A stretch of 64,000 nt of DNA. Source: the human T2T-CHM13v2.0 reference genome, Homo sapiens. The notes under the pieces are model-generated. The model made no database searches and had not been told where the DNA came from. It worked only from the letters and a program-made list of their open reading frames with translations. The position numbers were made by a program, and so were the translations under genes. This document shows, piece by piece, positions 12,675 to 24,928 of this stretch (position 1 is its first letter; every line of letters begins with the position of its first letter). The stretch lies in the NCBI RefSeq assembly GCF_009914755.1, contig NC_060935.1; one strand, given 5' to 3'.

Positions 12675-12729
12675 CTCCATCCGCAGGGCAGGGCGGGCGA
12701 CTCCATCCGCAGGGCAGGGCGGGCGACTC
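12675..12729. repeat. 26-bp perfect tandem duplication
   Basis: CTCCATCCGCAGGGCAGGGCGGGCGA x2. Confidence 0.95.
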
Positions 12730-13849
12730 ACACCTGGGGGTTCTGACCCCACCTTGGTGGGGGCCTTCTCTCACCACAAACAAACACGGTGGAACCAGCA
12801 CCCTGCCCTGCCCAGCCAGCAACTGGGGGAGACTGGGAGCACCGGGGTTAGCCTCTGCAGGAGGCTTCTGGCCCCACTGGCCCTCTGACAGGCAAATGCA
12901 TAGGAATCTCACCATGTTCAGCCTTGGACAAACACACATTCTCAAGACAGCAGCTGGTGGAGAAGGAAGTGAGCCTAGAAGTCCATGTCAAGCCCACGGT
13001 GCCTCCTCCACCCAGCCTGGCATCCTGCCTGGGGGCTGAAGGGAGACTGGTGCCCAGGGCCTGCCGGGGCAGCTCAGCCACCTCTGTCTCAAAAGGACCC
13101 GGGTGCCCCACAGGAGAGGCTGAGGCTGAGGCCTGGAAGTCCTGGTCCCCTCCCACACGCAGCCCTCCCTGCTCCTCCAGCTGCCCCTGCCTGCCCCTGC
13201 TCACCCAGCCTTCACCCCCGACTCTCTCATAGACCAGAAACCACGTGGCGAGGCTGGGTGCATATTCACATGAGAGAGAACGCCACAGCAACCCTGAGAC
13301 AACAAGAACACTTTCCTGACAGATGCTGGAGACGCCCCTTCCTATGGGGGTGTGTGTGAGCCCTGGAGCCACCGAGCCACAGGGGCAGGATGCCCTCTCC
13401 TTGGTAAAGCTGAGGGCATTGGCCCGCATGGATTTTGAGGAGGCTGGTTGTGTATGTGTGGTGAATTGGGAGTCTCTGCTGCAAGCTGGCTTCTGAGTTG
13501 CCTTGTGCCTTGGAAAGCATGACAAGTTGCTGAGTTCAAAGGCAGGTGGGAGGGGAAGCTGCACACTGGGAGGCAGTGTGCTCAGTGTGGCCGGCAAGGA
13601 TGCTGTGGGCATCAGGAGGCATCAGCTGTAGCAGTGGCTTTGGGGTTCAGGGTGCACAATCTTGCTTGGTATTTTCTAGAGACTAGACATCTGGCTTAGG
13701 AGCCCAGAGGTCTGGGGCTCTGACCTGACATCACACAGCATGTGTGGATTAAGATCATGGGTTCTAAAGTCACACTGCCTTGGGTTTGTGCCTGTGCTGT
13801 GACTTCCCATATGGCCTGGAGGACCCCTTCTGGGCCCACGGTACACTGT

Positions 13850-14075
13850 GGGATAATAGCACCTGTCTCAGGAGGCTGGCTAGGACACAGGCTCAGGAAC
13901 CCTGTGACTTTGGGCAGCCACTCCACCTCTCTGTGCCCAGCTTCCTTTTCTTAATAAGGGAGGCAGAATGGAACCTGCCTCATTGAGGAGCCGTGAAGAT
14001 TAAATGAGATGAATCAGGCAGAGGGCTTTGAATAGTGCCAGGTCCACTGTATGTATCTGATACATGTGAGTTATG
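13850..14075 (+). mobile_element. MIR
   Basis: TGTGACTTTGGGCAG..ACCTCTCTGTGCC..GTGAAGATTAAATGAGAT. Confidence 0.75.
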
Positions 14076-14713
14076 TTGAGGAACTCAAAGGGTTGGGTGG
14101 GGGTGAGACAGATCTCAATGCATGTGCTGTAGCACATAATACACAATAATACACACTCACAACTGATGATGATGACTATGATTGGCAGTAATAGCAGTGC
14201 TATGACCCATCTCCTCTTTGTTTCTCAAGAATAAGGCACACGTATATCTATCCAAAATTTGTACATGCTTTTGGGGAACATAAACCCAGAAATACATTAC
14301 CACATATAAAAAATCTGCTCTGCACAAAATCAGAAGCAAGTCCCTCAAGCTTGTTTAAATAAGACAGAATCCTCACTCTGCTTCCATGAGAAGAATGGAA
14401 GACAAGAAGGGAGAGTGAGATGGTTCTCTCCTTGCCGAGAGGGCTTCACCATCTGGAAGGAAGAAAAGGGCTCTGAATTAAGAGCAAGGAAGGGAAGGCG
14501 AAAGGGAACCTAGGGCCCAAGTGGGGAAGCCTACGGGACTCCTGTGCATTGGGAGTCGGGGCACTGAGCCCCCAGTCCCTCCCACTGGCTGGCAGCGGTG
14601 CTCCTGCAGAGAAGGGCCTGTCAGTAGTCCAGGAACCCCAGAAGGTTCCACAGCAACTTCACTGAACAGCCACCTGACCCTCCTGGAGTCTCCAGCACCC
14701 AGGATAGAGTCTA

Positions 14714-14890
14714 TAGTGGTCCAAGTGTGATCCCTGGATCGACGGTGCCAGCACCACCTGGGGTCTTTCTGAAGTGCACATTCCTGGGCCCCATTCCAGA
14801 CATACTGGGGAAGAGCCTCCGGAGTGGGCCAGCAATCCTTGTTTCAACAAGCCCTCCTGGGGGTTGCTGATGCGGGTCAGTAGGAAGACA
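14714..14890. mobile_element. MER5A (hAT-Charlie)
   Basis: GCACCACCTGGG..TTCCTGGGCCCCATTCCAGAC..CAGCAATC..AACAAGCCCTCC..CTGATGC is colinear with MER5A. Confidence 0.8.
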
Positions 14891-14949
14891 GAATTGTGGA
14901 CATCTTCTGAATTGTAAGATGGGGCGACACCACTGTCTGCTTTCCTGCG

Positions 14950-15155
14950 TCTCAGTGTGCAGAGAGCTTGAGTTTGGGTGGTGGGCAAATCTGCATTCAA
15001 ATCCCATTTTAGTCTCTTGTTGTTTGTGTGATTTGGGGAAGCTGGGCTCCTCTGTTGTGATATCTCTAAAATGGGGTAATAATGCCTAGTCTGAGGGTCC
15101 TCGTAGGGATTGGAAGTAACATATGGGAAATTCTTGGCACAAGTTCTTGTCAAAC
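14950..15155 (+). mobile_element. MIR
   Basis: TTCAAATCCCA..TGTGTGATTTGGGGAAG..ATCTCTAAAATGGGGTAATAAT. Confidence 0.7.
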
Positions 15156-16082
15156 GAGAAGACAGATGAAGAAGCCCTCCTCCATCTGTACCTCTTCTCC
15201 CTATTTTCCCCAGAACTTGGAATGGTGCTTTGCTCTTAATTGGCAATTAATATATAAACAAAATTAATTGAAAGCATTTTAAGCACTTGTCATCCGGAGC
15301 TCATTCCACTGGATGGTTCCCTGTCTTCCCGACTCACCCCAGCAGACACTGAACACAGGAGGAAGCCGAGGTAGCTGTGCGGGACACATTTCAACAAACA
15401 GAAATCCAGCGCAACTTCTAAGGCATCGCCGCCTTCCTGTCCCATTTTATTTCCAAATCCTAATGCAGTTTTGCCAAGAAGCACCCAACATTCCTCCAAA
15501 ATCTTCTTCCAACCCAACCAGCCAATCCCCACTTCAGCCAAAAACCAAACCAAACGAAACCAACTAGCAAACCAACCACAAGTGCACACACCCACACACA
15601 CCTGCACACACACCCGCACACACATGCATGTGCACGTGTGAAAACAAATGCCTGTCCTCTCTCTGGTCCGGTTCAGGGTGGGTGGCTTTCCCCAGCTCTG
15701 CAGGTGATGTTCTTGCCTGTATCAGCGAGAGCCGTGTGGGGCTGCAGAGGAGCTGCCCTTCTTTCCTGGAGAGACGAAGCCCCGGAGGTGATGCACTGCT
15801 CCAGGGCAGGACGGTGAGGGCTGGATGGGGAGCGCGTAGCTCCAGCACCCTGTCCTGAACTGGAGCCAAGGGACTGTCGGCAAGAAGAGCCAAGGGCATT
15901 TTTGTTCCTGTTTTCAGTGCCACATTGGGTGCAAAACACCAAGTGGACAAAAAGGCTATCAATACTTGCCAAGCCGTGAGGGAAAGTGCAGCTCACTTAG
16001 CTGCCTTGACATCGATTTTCACCTGCTTTTGTTGATGAAGCTGCATTCGTAAGAGTGATAAATCCATTAGACAAACATGGCG

Positions 16083-16260
16083 CTCCGTTATTGACAGTGT
16101 CTGCCACGCAGGTGTGCGGGGACAGGGCTCTGCCGGGGCTGGCCAGCCTGGCCAAGGGGTCAGAGCCTGCACTCCGTTATTGACAGTGTCTGCCGCGCGG
16201 GTGTGCGGGGACGGGGCTCTGCTGGGGCTGGCCAGCCTGGCCAAGGGGTCAGAGCCTGCA
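16083..16260. repeat. 89-bp tandem duplication (2 copies, 4 mismatches)
   Basis: 16083-16171 vs 16172-16260; both begin CTCCGTTATTGACAGTGTCTGCC. Confidence 0.97.
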
Positions 16261-19219
16261 GAGACTGGCTGGGCAGTGCAGAGGAGGGGTCCGGGGTGCT
16301 GGTGGCCCCAGTGCTCTTCCCCAGGTATGGCTAGGTGGGCCTTGTGAAACTTACCTGCACCTTTCTGAGCTCCAGCTCTCACCTGTCCCTCAAGGCTCAG
16401 AGAGGATGGCTGGAGAGAAAACCAAGCACAGAACGGATTTTCATCCGCCTCTCCCTACCTCTCCTCGCAATCACTCTATGGAGCAGGTGGGAGGAAGCCC
16501 TCCCGCTTATAGACAGGAAACTAATATTCAGAGCTAGGAAGTGATTCACTCCGGGCCTCACGAATACTGCAAACCAGGGCCTAGAACCCAGGGACAGAAT
16601 TTCTGATGCCAGCTCCAGCTGGATCCACAAGCAGCTGCCTCTCGGCTCTGTGTGTTGAGAGAGAAATGCTGTTTTCTCCTCATCAGTTGGTACAGGGACC
16701 CAGCTGAGAAGCTTGTGGTCCCTGGAAGCAGCCTCAGGGCAGGGACCGGAGTTCCTCACTAGAGGGGGTGCCCATGCCAGGGTTGTTGGCACAGTGACCA
16801 GTGCAGGCTGACTCTCCAGGGAGGCGGTGCTGGGTCTCCACTGGGAAGATGCAGCCTGGTGGTGGATATGTGCTGCTGGAGGCAGTGCCAGTGAGGCGGG
16901 GCTGGCCTGCATGGGCCTGGTGGAGCAGAAGTGGAGAAGCTCCCACCACACCAGAGCTCAGGTGCTGGGCACGGCAGGTGCCTTCACAGTCCTGGCAATG
17001 CCCACCAGTCTACACAAGGCCCCTGAGTGTGTTAGGGGTTCGCTGGGCCCCCACATCCCCCTGTGGCAGAGCTGGAACTTAACTTGACACTCTCCCACTC
17101 CCGCCTCCTGACCCTATCCGCTGTGCCCAACTACACAGAGGGCTGGGGGCCCAGAGTGAGGGTGTTATGTCCGACCTGGGCAGGTGAGGCCACTCTCTGT
17201 CCCAGGCACCTGGGAAAGCATCCAGAGGGCTGGGAAGGCTGAAGAAGCAAGAGGGCAGCTCGGTGGAGGGAGGGGCACTGCTGGGCGTGGCAGTGAGGCT
17301 GAGGAGGGCTGGAGGCTGAAAAGGTCAGGCTTGCTCTGCAGGCACTCGCCCCCAGGAAGCCTTCCTTGATTTATTTCACACCCAGATCGCTCAATCCTGC
17401 AGCCTGGTGGGCAGACATCGTGAACACTGATTTGAAGGGCTGCTCTTGTCCTTCCTCCTCGGCAGGAGGGTGAGCCTTTGAGGGCACAGAGGGGACGCTC
17501 TGGGCTCCATCTCCCCTCCCGCCTCTGCCCCGCACGGCTTCCCCACCTCAGCACCACTTTGACACTGTGGCAGGGCACCTGAATCTAACAGGGACTGCAA
17601 ACAGGAATTGACTCAAAGAAGGTGGCGGTAGCAGGTGGACGGTGAGGTGGCGGATAACGGTAGGTGGTCTTTGGCACTCCCCTCCAGGGTCCCCCAGGCC
17701 TTTTAGCCTGTCTTGAGAGCACAGAGTATGTGCCAGGCAGGACCTCTCAGCCCACCCAGAGCTCTGGGTCCACCAAGGGCCCTGAGGGAGAAGGCGCCCT
17801 GGACGCTGACGTTCCTTCACACTGCACCCTGCACACCCAGCACCGAGCACCGCTTTGGGGCTGGGGAGGGCACGCTGGTGTCCCTGCCTCTCGCTACCTG
17901 GTAACTAGGCCGAGGGTTACCTGCCAGGGCCTGGTTCTTGCACAGTAATTATGCCCTCAGAAGCCGGCCTGCTAATTGCTTTTGCTATTTCTGGACTCTG
18001 CCCCTTCTGATCCGTCCTCCTGCTAGAGACAGAAATAACCAGACACTTGGTGGGTAATTACTGCGTAGCAGCCCCAGCATCAGCAGTGCTGAGCAGCAGA
18101 TGCAGACCCCTGACTCAGCGTGTGGGTTTGGGGCTGGGAATCACCGGGAGGTACCTGACCCTGGCATGGGGAGCACACCCGGAGCCTCCTCCCCCTGGAG
18201 ACGCGCTCCCGCCTTTCTCCCGTGCTGAGCTGGTCTTACAGCAGCCCTCTCTCAGTCCTCTCCCCTCACCTGCACCACCTCCTTCTCTTCCATGTCTCCA
18301 GCTTATGGGATAGAACAGCAGGAACTGATTCCCAATTGTGTCTTTTCCCCCCATTGGTCCCCACTACCTTTGGAGAGGAAATAGGAAGTCAAAATATTAT
18401 GGTTCCTATTTGCAAATACTCTTACTTTTAAGAATGAATGAATGATGGCAATAGTGGACAGACAGTAAGGAGGAGGGGTTCAGAGGAAGGTGAGAGCCTC
18501 TGGGGTGCAGCCCTGGCAGGCTTCGTGAAGGAGGTAAGGCCTGAGCTGGCTTTGAAGGGCAGGCAGCCCCTAGATAGACAGGACCATTGCTCCAGCCGTA
18601 CAGAGAGACTGGGTGGTAGGAAAAGTTTGGGACACCAGGTTTGCAGGTCTCTCAGGGGCAGTGTCATAGGCAGGCACAGAGCCTCCCCCTTCTCTAAGCA
18701 GGGCGAGCCCTTTCCCTTCACACCTTGGAGCCTTAACTCTGCAAGTGAACACTGATAACAGGAGGAGGCTTCCATGGTTGCCCAGGCTGGGGTGTGTGTT
18801 AAAGGAAGCAGAACTGTTTCTTGGCATCTGAGGCTGAGCCCCTCCCTAACCCCACTGCTGGGTCCTCCTCCTAATTCCCAGAGCAGAGGATACGTATATG
18901 CATAGTTGAATAAGGAAGGACCCCGAGTAAATCACTGTCCTCATCCTTGAGGGCACTGGTCACTCAGCTTGTGGTTTGATAGCCCCTCATGGCTGCACTG
19001 ATCGCCGCGCATGCCGTGGTGTCACCACCTGAGCTGCTCTTTGGGCATGTGGCATCTGCCGCCTGGGCTTTGCACCATCTCTTTCTGCCTAAACACCAAC
19101 TCCCCAAACAGATGAGAGTACTTCAAAAGCAGCAGCTCCTTGCATACCCCTGGGGGCCCCCTTGCCTGACACAGTGCCCAGGCTCCGCCCCCAGCCATCT
19201 GTTCTGCAAGAGGCACGCC

Positions 19220-19480
19220 TCCATCCATTCACAGTCATCTCTTGAGCACCTGCAGCATGCCAAGCGCTGTGCCATGAGTGAGAATAAGGTTGGAGAGACA
19301 CAGTTCCTGCCGGCAGGGAGCTTGGAGTGGAGAGGGGGACAGCAGTTTCAATGAGGGACCAGAGGAGGAAGCCCAGGGAACCCAGAGAAGGAGCCTTTCA
19401 TTCTGCTCGTGCCGGGCTGGGGGCAATGTCACGGGGATGGAGGACACCGTAGGGTTTAAACAGGTTCAGAGGGAGAGATG
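19220..19480 (-). mobile_element. L2 3' fragment
   Basis: CATCCATTCA..TTGAGCACCTGCAGCATGCCAAGCGCTGTG. Confidence 0.55.
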
Positions 19481-19553
19481 CTCAAGGGAGCTCAGGGAGG
19501 CTACAGCTTTGCTCCCGGTGCCCACTGGGTACACCTGGTCATTGACAGAACTA

Positions 19554-19915
19554 GAGACAGTCCCCAACTTATGACGGTTTGACTTACAGTGTTTTGGCTT
19601 TTCAATGGTGCCAAAGCAATACACATTCAATAGAAACTGTACTACCGACACAACCATTCTGCCTTTTGCTTTCACAGTATTCAAAAAATTCCCTGAGATA
19701 TGTAACACTTTATTACGTAATAGGCTTCGCGTTGGATGGTTTTGCACAATGGTAGGTTAATGTCAGCGCTCTGAGCATATTAATGTAGGCTCAGCTAAGC
19801 TAAGCTATGATGCTCAGTAGTTTAGGTGCATTAATTGCATTTTTTACTTAAGATATTTTCAACTTATTGTGGGTTTATAGGGACATAATCCTGTCATTAA
19901 GCTGAGGGACATCTG
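19554..19915 (-). mobile_element. MER47A (TcMar-Tigger) full-length non-autonomous element
   Basis: Colinear with MER47A over ~360 bp; termini GAGACAGTCCCCAACTTA and TAAGCTGAGGGACATCTG; flanked by TA on both sides. Confidence 0.88.
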
Positions 19916-20939
19916 TAGGTCTACAACCTTGGGTTTGTGACTCTGAGACCGGGGGTCCCCTTCACCCACCTATGCTGTAGGTTGTGTTGGGGCGGACGCT
20001 ACAAACCCAAGAAAGACAACTCGCGTGGCTTTGGGCTTCTGCCGACACAGGGGCCTGGTGGAATCCTGGACACCTCAGATGAAGAGTTTGCGAAGGACTT
20101 TGGTGGTGCAAACAAAATGTGCTCCACTGCGGAGTGTGCCGGTGGAGGAAATTTAGCGCTTCTCATGCTCTGTTCTCTACAATGTTGACACAGGCTGAGC
20201 TCAGATGCAAACAACAGAAGCAAAGCTGATGTTTGGGCCTGTCTAGGGACTATCCCTGTCTCCAGGAAATCCGGCAGGGGACCCAATGTTTATTTTCCTT
20301 CTTTCCTCAAGTCTGCTCTCATGCATGGTGAGACAAAAGTCTGAGGCCAGGTGAGAACAGAGAGCGTTCAGGTTTACCTCCCAGACTTGTCCTCATCAAT
20401 AAATGCTATGCTTCGTATTTGTGCTCCCACCCCAAGCTCCCAGAGGCTCCATCTCAATTACAGACCCCACTGGAAGGATGCCAGCACATGCCCAGTTCCC
20501 GTCACTGACTGGAACAGACCGGAAAAGCCGGCCTGTCGTTTAAGACCCAGGACCTCCTTATCTTGTGGTCATTTCACTCTTTGGGACTGGCAGGTACTGC
20601 CTCTCAGACCTACTAAAATCAGGCCCAAGACTGTGGGGACTGGAGCTGGGAGAGGATGGGCCGTTTTTTCTCCCAGGGAGACAGTAATTGCAAATGTGTC
20701 ACCAGCAGTGACATGGTGGTGAGCAATTAATTCTGGGGGACTCCCTGCCTGTCACCAAGTGTGTCTTCTGCCCTGAGCAGCCTCTCTTGCTTAGAAGCCT
20801 ACCCCACCTTTCAGTAGACAAGCTGATTTATTGTAGACCCTGTTCCCTCAGGGCAGCAGGGGTCTTGCAGCTGAGGGTTTGATTTTGGAGACATGGCCGT
20901 GTGAGGTAAGGAGAAGAGATACAGACAGAATGCTAGAAA

Positions 20940-21375
20940 TGGGTAACACTTGTGTAGAGCTTACTATGTGACAAGCCTGCTTCCAAACGTATGCTTATTA
21001 CAATAGCCCTATAGGGCAGCACTATTATTATTTCCATTTCAGAGATGGGGAAATCGAGGCTCAGGGGGTTATTAATCAACTAGCCCAAGGACCTACAGCC
21101 CAAAGTGGCAGAGCAGAATTCCCATCCAGCCGGTCTTGCCCTGGAATGTGTGGTCTTAACTGTAGCACTGCACGGCCGTTCCTTGCGTGTGCCCCAAGGA
21201 GCCGGTGAGCACACCAGAACCAGGCCGGCTGCTTCAAAGCCAGAGTCACCCTCACGATGTGTGCGTGCCTGGGCCAGTCACTGCTTTTTCTCTTAAGCCT
21301 CAGTTTTCTCATCTGTGAAACAGGACAGTGGAACCCACTTCAGAAGGTTGTCATGAAGGCAAAATGGCAGAACAC
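20940..21375. mobile_element. Two MIRs in opposite orientation (minus 20940-21172, plus ~21210-21375)
   Basis: ATTATTATTTCCATTTCAGAGATGGGGAAATCGAGGCTCAG, then GCCTCAGTTTTCTCATCTGTGAAA. Confidence 0.8.
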
Positions 21376-24300
21376 CACGCAGTCTCCCGACCCCCTCCTG
21401 CTCCTCTCCCAGATCCCCCGCCTGCTTCTCACCCTGCTTGGCATGGAAAGCTTCACTATTACTTCCCCGGTGCTCCATTTGGTAATCACTGTGTACTACA
21501 TTGTTGCCAAGAATCATGCTGATTTCTAACGCCAAAGGACAACATCTAGAACTGAACGCCGTAGCAGTCTGGACCCCTGACTTCTGATGACATGGCCAGC
21601 AGCAGTGAGGAAACTCATGCTAACAGCACCAGCCCTGACGGGGTGTGCATCCTGCGGGCTGCCTGGAGGTCTGAGGGTGCAGAAGCGCTGTTGGCCCTTT
21701 CAGGAGGAGCATTGCAGGGCAAGCTTGGAGTGGAAAGGCCGCATGGTTCTCTGCAATCTGCCAAGGTCAGCTGGTGTCAGAGACAGCAGGTTATCCAGGG
21801 AGAGGCTGGAAAACTTACGTGTTCGGTTGGAGGAAGTCTTACTTTCATTATGATTCTTATTATTTGAAGCTCATGTTGAAGTAAGCTATGAGCTCAGGCA
21901 CCAGTTGCCCAGGGCTGGGTGGCAGGTTCATGAGGCAGAGAGGGCTCCCTCTGGGGCGGGGTCCCATGCGTCCAGGCCACACAGGGGTCCTGGGCAGGAC
22001 CATACATCCAGCCCAGGGTGCACGACTTGAAGGGATGGCCTTCAGTAAGACACTTCACCTCACTGGGCCTCAGTTTCCCCAGTTACATACCTAAAAGTTT
22101 GAATCCTGTGTCTAAGATTTAGCTTTCCCTCTAGCTTTTATCTTCTGTAAGCGTTTTGATCTATAAGCTCAGTGGAGGTTTAAGGGCAAAGTGCACACCC
22201 TTGGGCCCAGAAAGAGGGAGCCCATTTGCATTTGAAAGATCCCAGAACCTTCTGAATTCTGCCTTGAGTGAGGCTGGATGATGGCCTGGCAGCCCCAGCA
22301 CGAAAAGCAGGTTCCAGGCCTTCCCCCAACAGCTGCTGACCAGAGCACAGCAGATGCTTCCTGCTCCAAAGCTGACTTCTTTCTTTACAGAAGCCTCCTG
22401 GGGACCTCACGGAGGATGCGTTCCGTGCTCGCCTTTCCCTCCCTGTCCCTCTGGCATGGCCTGTAGTTGGAAACAGTCACAGCAAAAGCAACTAGCTCGA
22501 CTAAGAGCAGGACGAGGTTCTCTCCATAGCCAGGAAGCAGGCTGGGATTGAAGGGAAGGTGAGACTGTGAGATGAGCCATTTTGGTAAAAAGAGGACACT
22601 GGCCCCTCTGCTGTTTTGCAGAACTCAGGGTTAAGGCGGCATCAGAGTCTCTGTGTTGGCACACGTGGATTGGAAGGTTTCTGTCACATTTGTGGTTTAG
22701 TTAGGAGGATTGTGACAGGAGACAGCAGGGTTGGAAGAATCAGGCCAGTGTGGTGCCATGTGCTCCTGTGGATTGGTCCTGTCTGCCTCTGCCCACCCCA
22801 GGGAGAGGGAGCACAGCCAAATGGTCAAGAACTTTGACTTTTCATTCCAGCAGCTGGGCTGAGGTCCTATCTCTTCTTCTCACAGGCTGTGGGATTTGGA
22901 CAAATCGGTCAACCTTTCTGTGCCTCAATAATGGGATAATAGGAGTGTCTCCTCGCAGGCTTGTCGGGAGGTCTAAGTGACAGGGGGCTTGTCAACAGCT
23001 GGTTATAGGCCACAGCCCACAGATGTGAAGGTTGGCACCATCCATCCATCTCCCGCTGCCTGTGCCAGTTACCCATTGCCAATCATTTATTCCCACCAAA
23101 TAAAAAATATTCTTTATACTAATTTTCTTGCCAATTTTCATTTTTTCATTTATTTCTTAGGTTTCTAATGATTTTATTATTTTTGGTCTATTACTCTACT
23201 AAGACACTATTCTCCAAAACCAGTTACAATACATATCTTCAATCAATCAATCATCCATCTATGTATCTATCTTGTATCATCCATCCATCTGCCTCTGTCA
23301 ATCTATCCTCAACTATATTAAAAGCAGGCTCATTTGCAGAAGGACACACATCTTTCAGACAGGTCCATCACTCCTGCCCCACGCAGAGGAAAATCTCATT
23401 TTCAAGGGAGCATTGAACTGTGACGACAGTGTGCAGATGAACAAGCCAGCAACACGTGGTGGCAGGTGTTTGGAGCACCAGGCTTTTAGAGTCGGAGACA
23501 CACGCCAAAGTCTCAGCTCCAGGCCCCTTAGACAGGAGGTTCATCCTGCATCCCAGCAAACAGATTCACCTCCCAAAGGCCGATGGGCTGGAGAGGGTCC
23601 CTCCTCTACAGGTAAGGTAGAGGGCCCCATTTTCAGATGTGAGCCCTTCACAGTCCCTGCGTCTCTGGAATTGCACCCATGCTGAGTGGAGCCCTGCGGA
23701 GGACCTCTCACCGCCGCACCGTGAACATACGTGACCAGCGGGCTTTTCGTTGACACGTGATATTCTCCTTATGGGTCTCTCAATGCTGCTGTGGTGACTT
23801 CAGCCACTGTATCTGTTTCACTGGAGTGTTTCCTTGTTTCACACTTACCCTTTTCTGTCTCTTTTCTGTAAAAGCTTTCCATCCACCTTCCCCACCCAGG
23901 CCTGAGTCCTGGTGCCACCTCCCAGCCTCACGTTGTCAATGGTCATTCTCTCCACACACCACGCTCCTGCCTCGGGATTTCCAGGGCTGCCTCAGTCCAC
24001 CCAGAACCGTAAGCACTGCAGACCCCTCCTCTCCCTGGCCACCCCTTCCCACGGGCCAGTGGATTCCCCTTTCTCCATTGCATTGACTGTGGAGTGATTC
24101 CCGTCCATCCGCTCTGTCTGCAGTGTGGACAGAGTGCAGCGTCTTCCACACTGAGCAAGCAGTGGGGCCTGGAGTGAGGGCGGAGCAGGGAGACAGATCC
24201 TTCTCTGGAGGCTGTGGGTTACAGGCTACCTCCAGATCCTGGAGGAAGGGGCCCCACCCAGGGAGTAGGAGGGGGTGGCCCCCAGGGAGACCCGACATCT

Positions 24301-24377
24301 GTGCTCACTTTGCAGATGCCGAGGTTAGCACCAGGGAGGGGCGGAATGTGGTGACATGGAGCTGGGAGTCCATAGGC

Positions 24378-24878
24378 ATGCACACCCACGGACACACACA
24401 TGCACAGACCAGCACACCCACAGACACACATGCATAGATCCATTCACACACAGGCACACCCACGGACACACATGCACAGACCAGCTCACAGACAGACACG
24501 CACAGACCAGCTCACACACACACATGCACACCCACAGACACACGCAGACCAGCTCACACACACGTGCACAGACCAGCTCACACACACACACCCACAGACC
24601 AGCTCACACAGAGACATGCACAGACCTGCTCACACAGACACACATGCACAGATCCATTCACACACAGGCGCACCCACAGACACACACATGCACAGACCAG
24701 CTCACACACACACAGACACATGCACACACACAGATAACACTCACACAGACTCACGCATACAGACACATGCACGCATACATACTACACAGAGACACACACA
24801 GATACAGACACACAGATCCACTCATACATGCAGAGACACCTGCAAACACAGAAGCACACACACAGACACACACAAACA
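24378..24878. repeat. ~500-bp complex CA-rich tandem repeat with recurring CACAGACCAGCTCACA sub-unit
   Basis: Visible directly; it accounts for the His/Thr-rich spurious ORFs at 24356-24984. Confidence 0.9.
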
Positions 24879-24928
24879 CTGGGGTACTTGTGACCACTCC
24901 CTGTGTGGGCACCATCACACACACTGGA

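Noticed and set aside
12848-13612. 254-aa minus-strand ORF
   Set aside because: No domain and overlapping ORFs in other frames; within the range expected by chance in GC-rich DNA.
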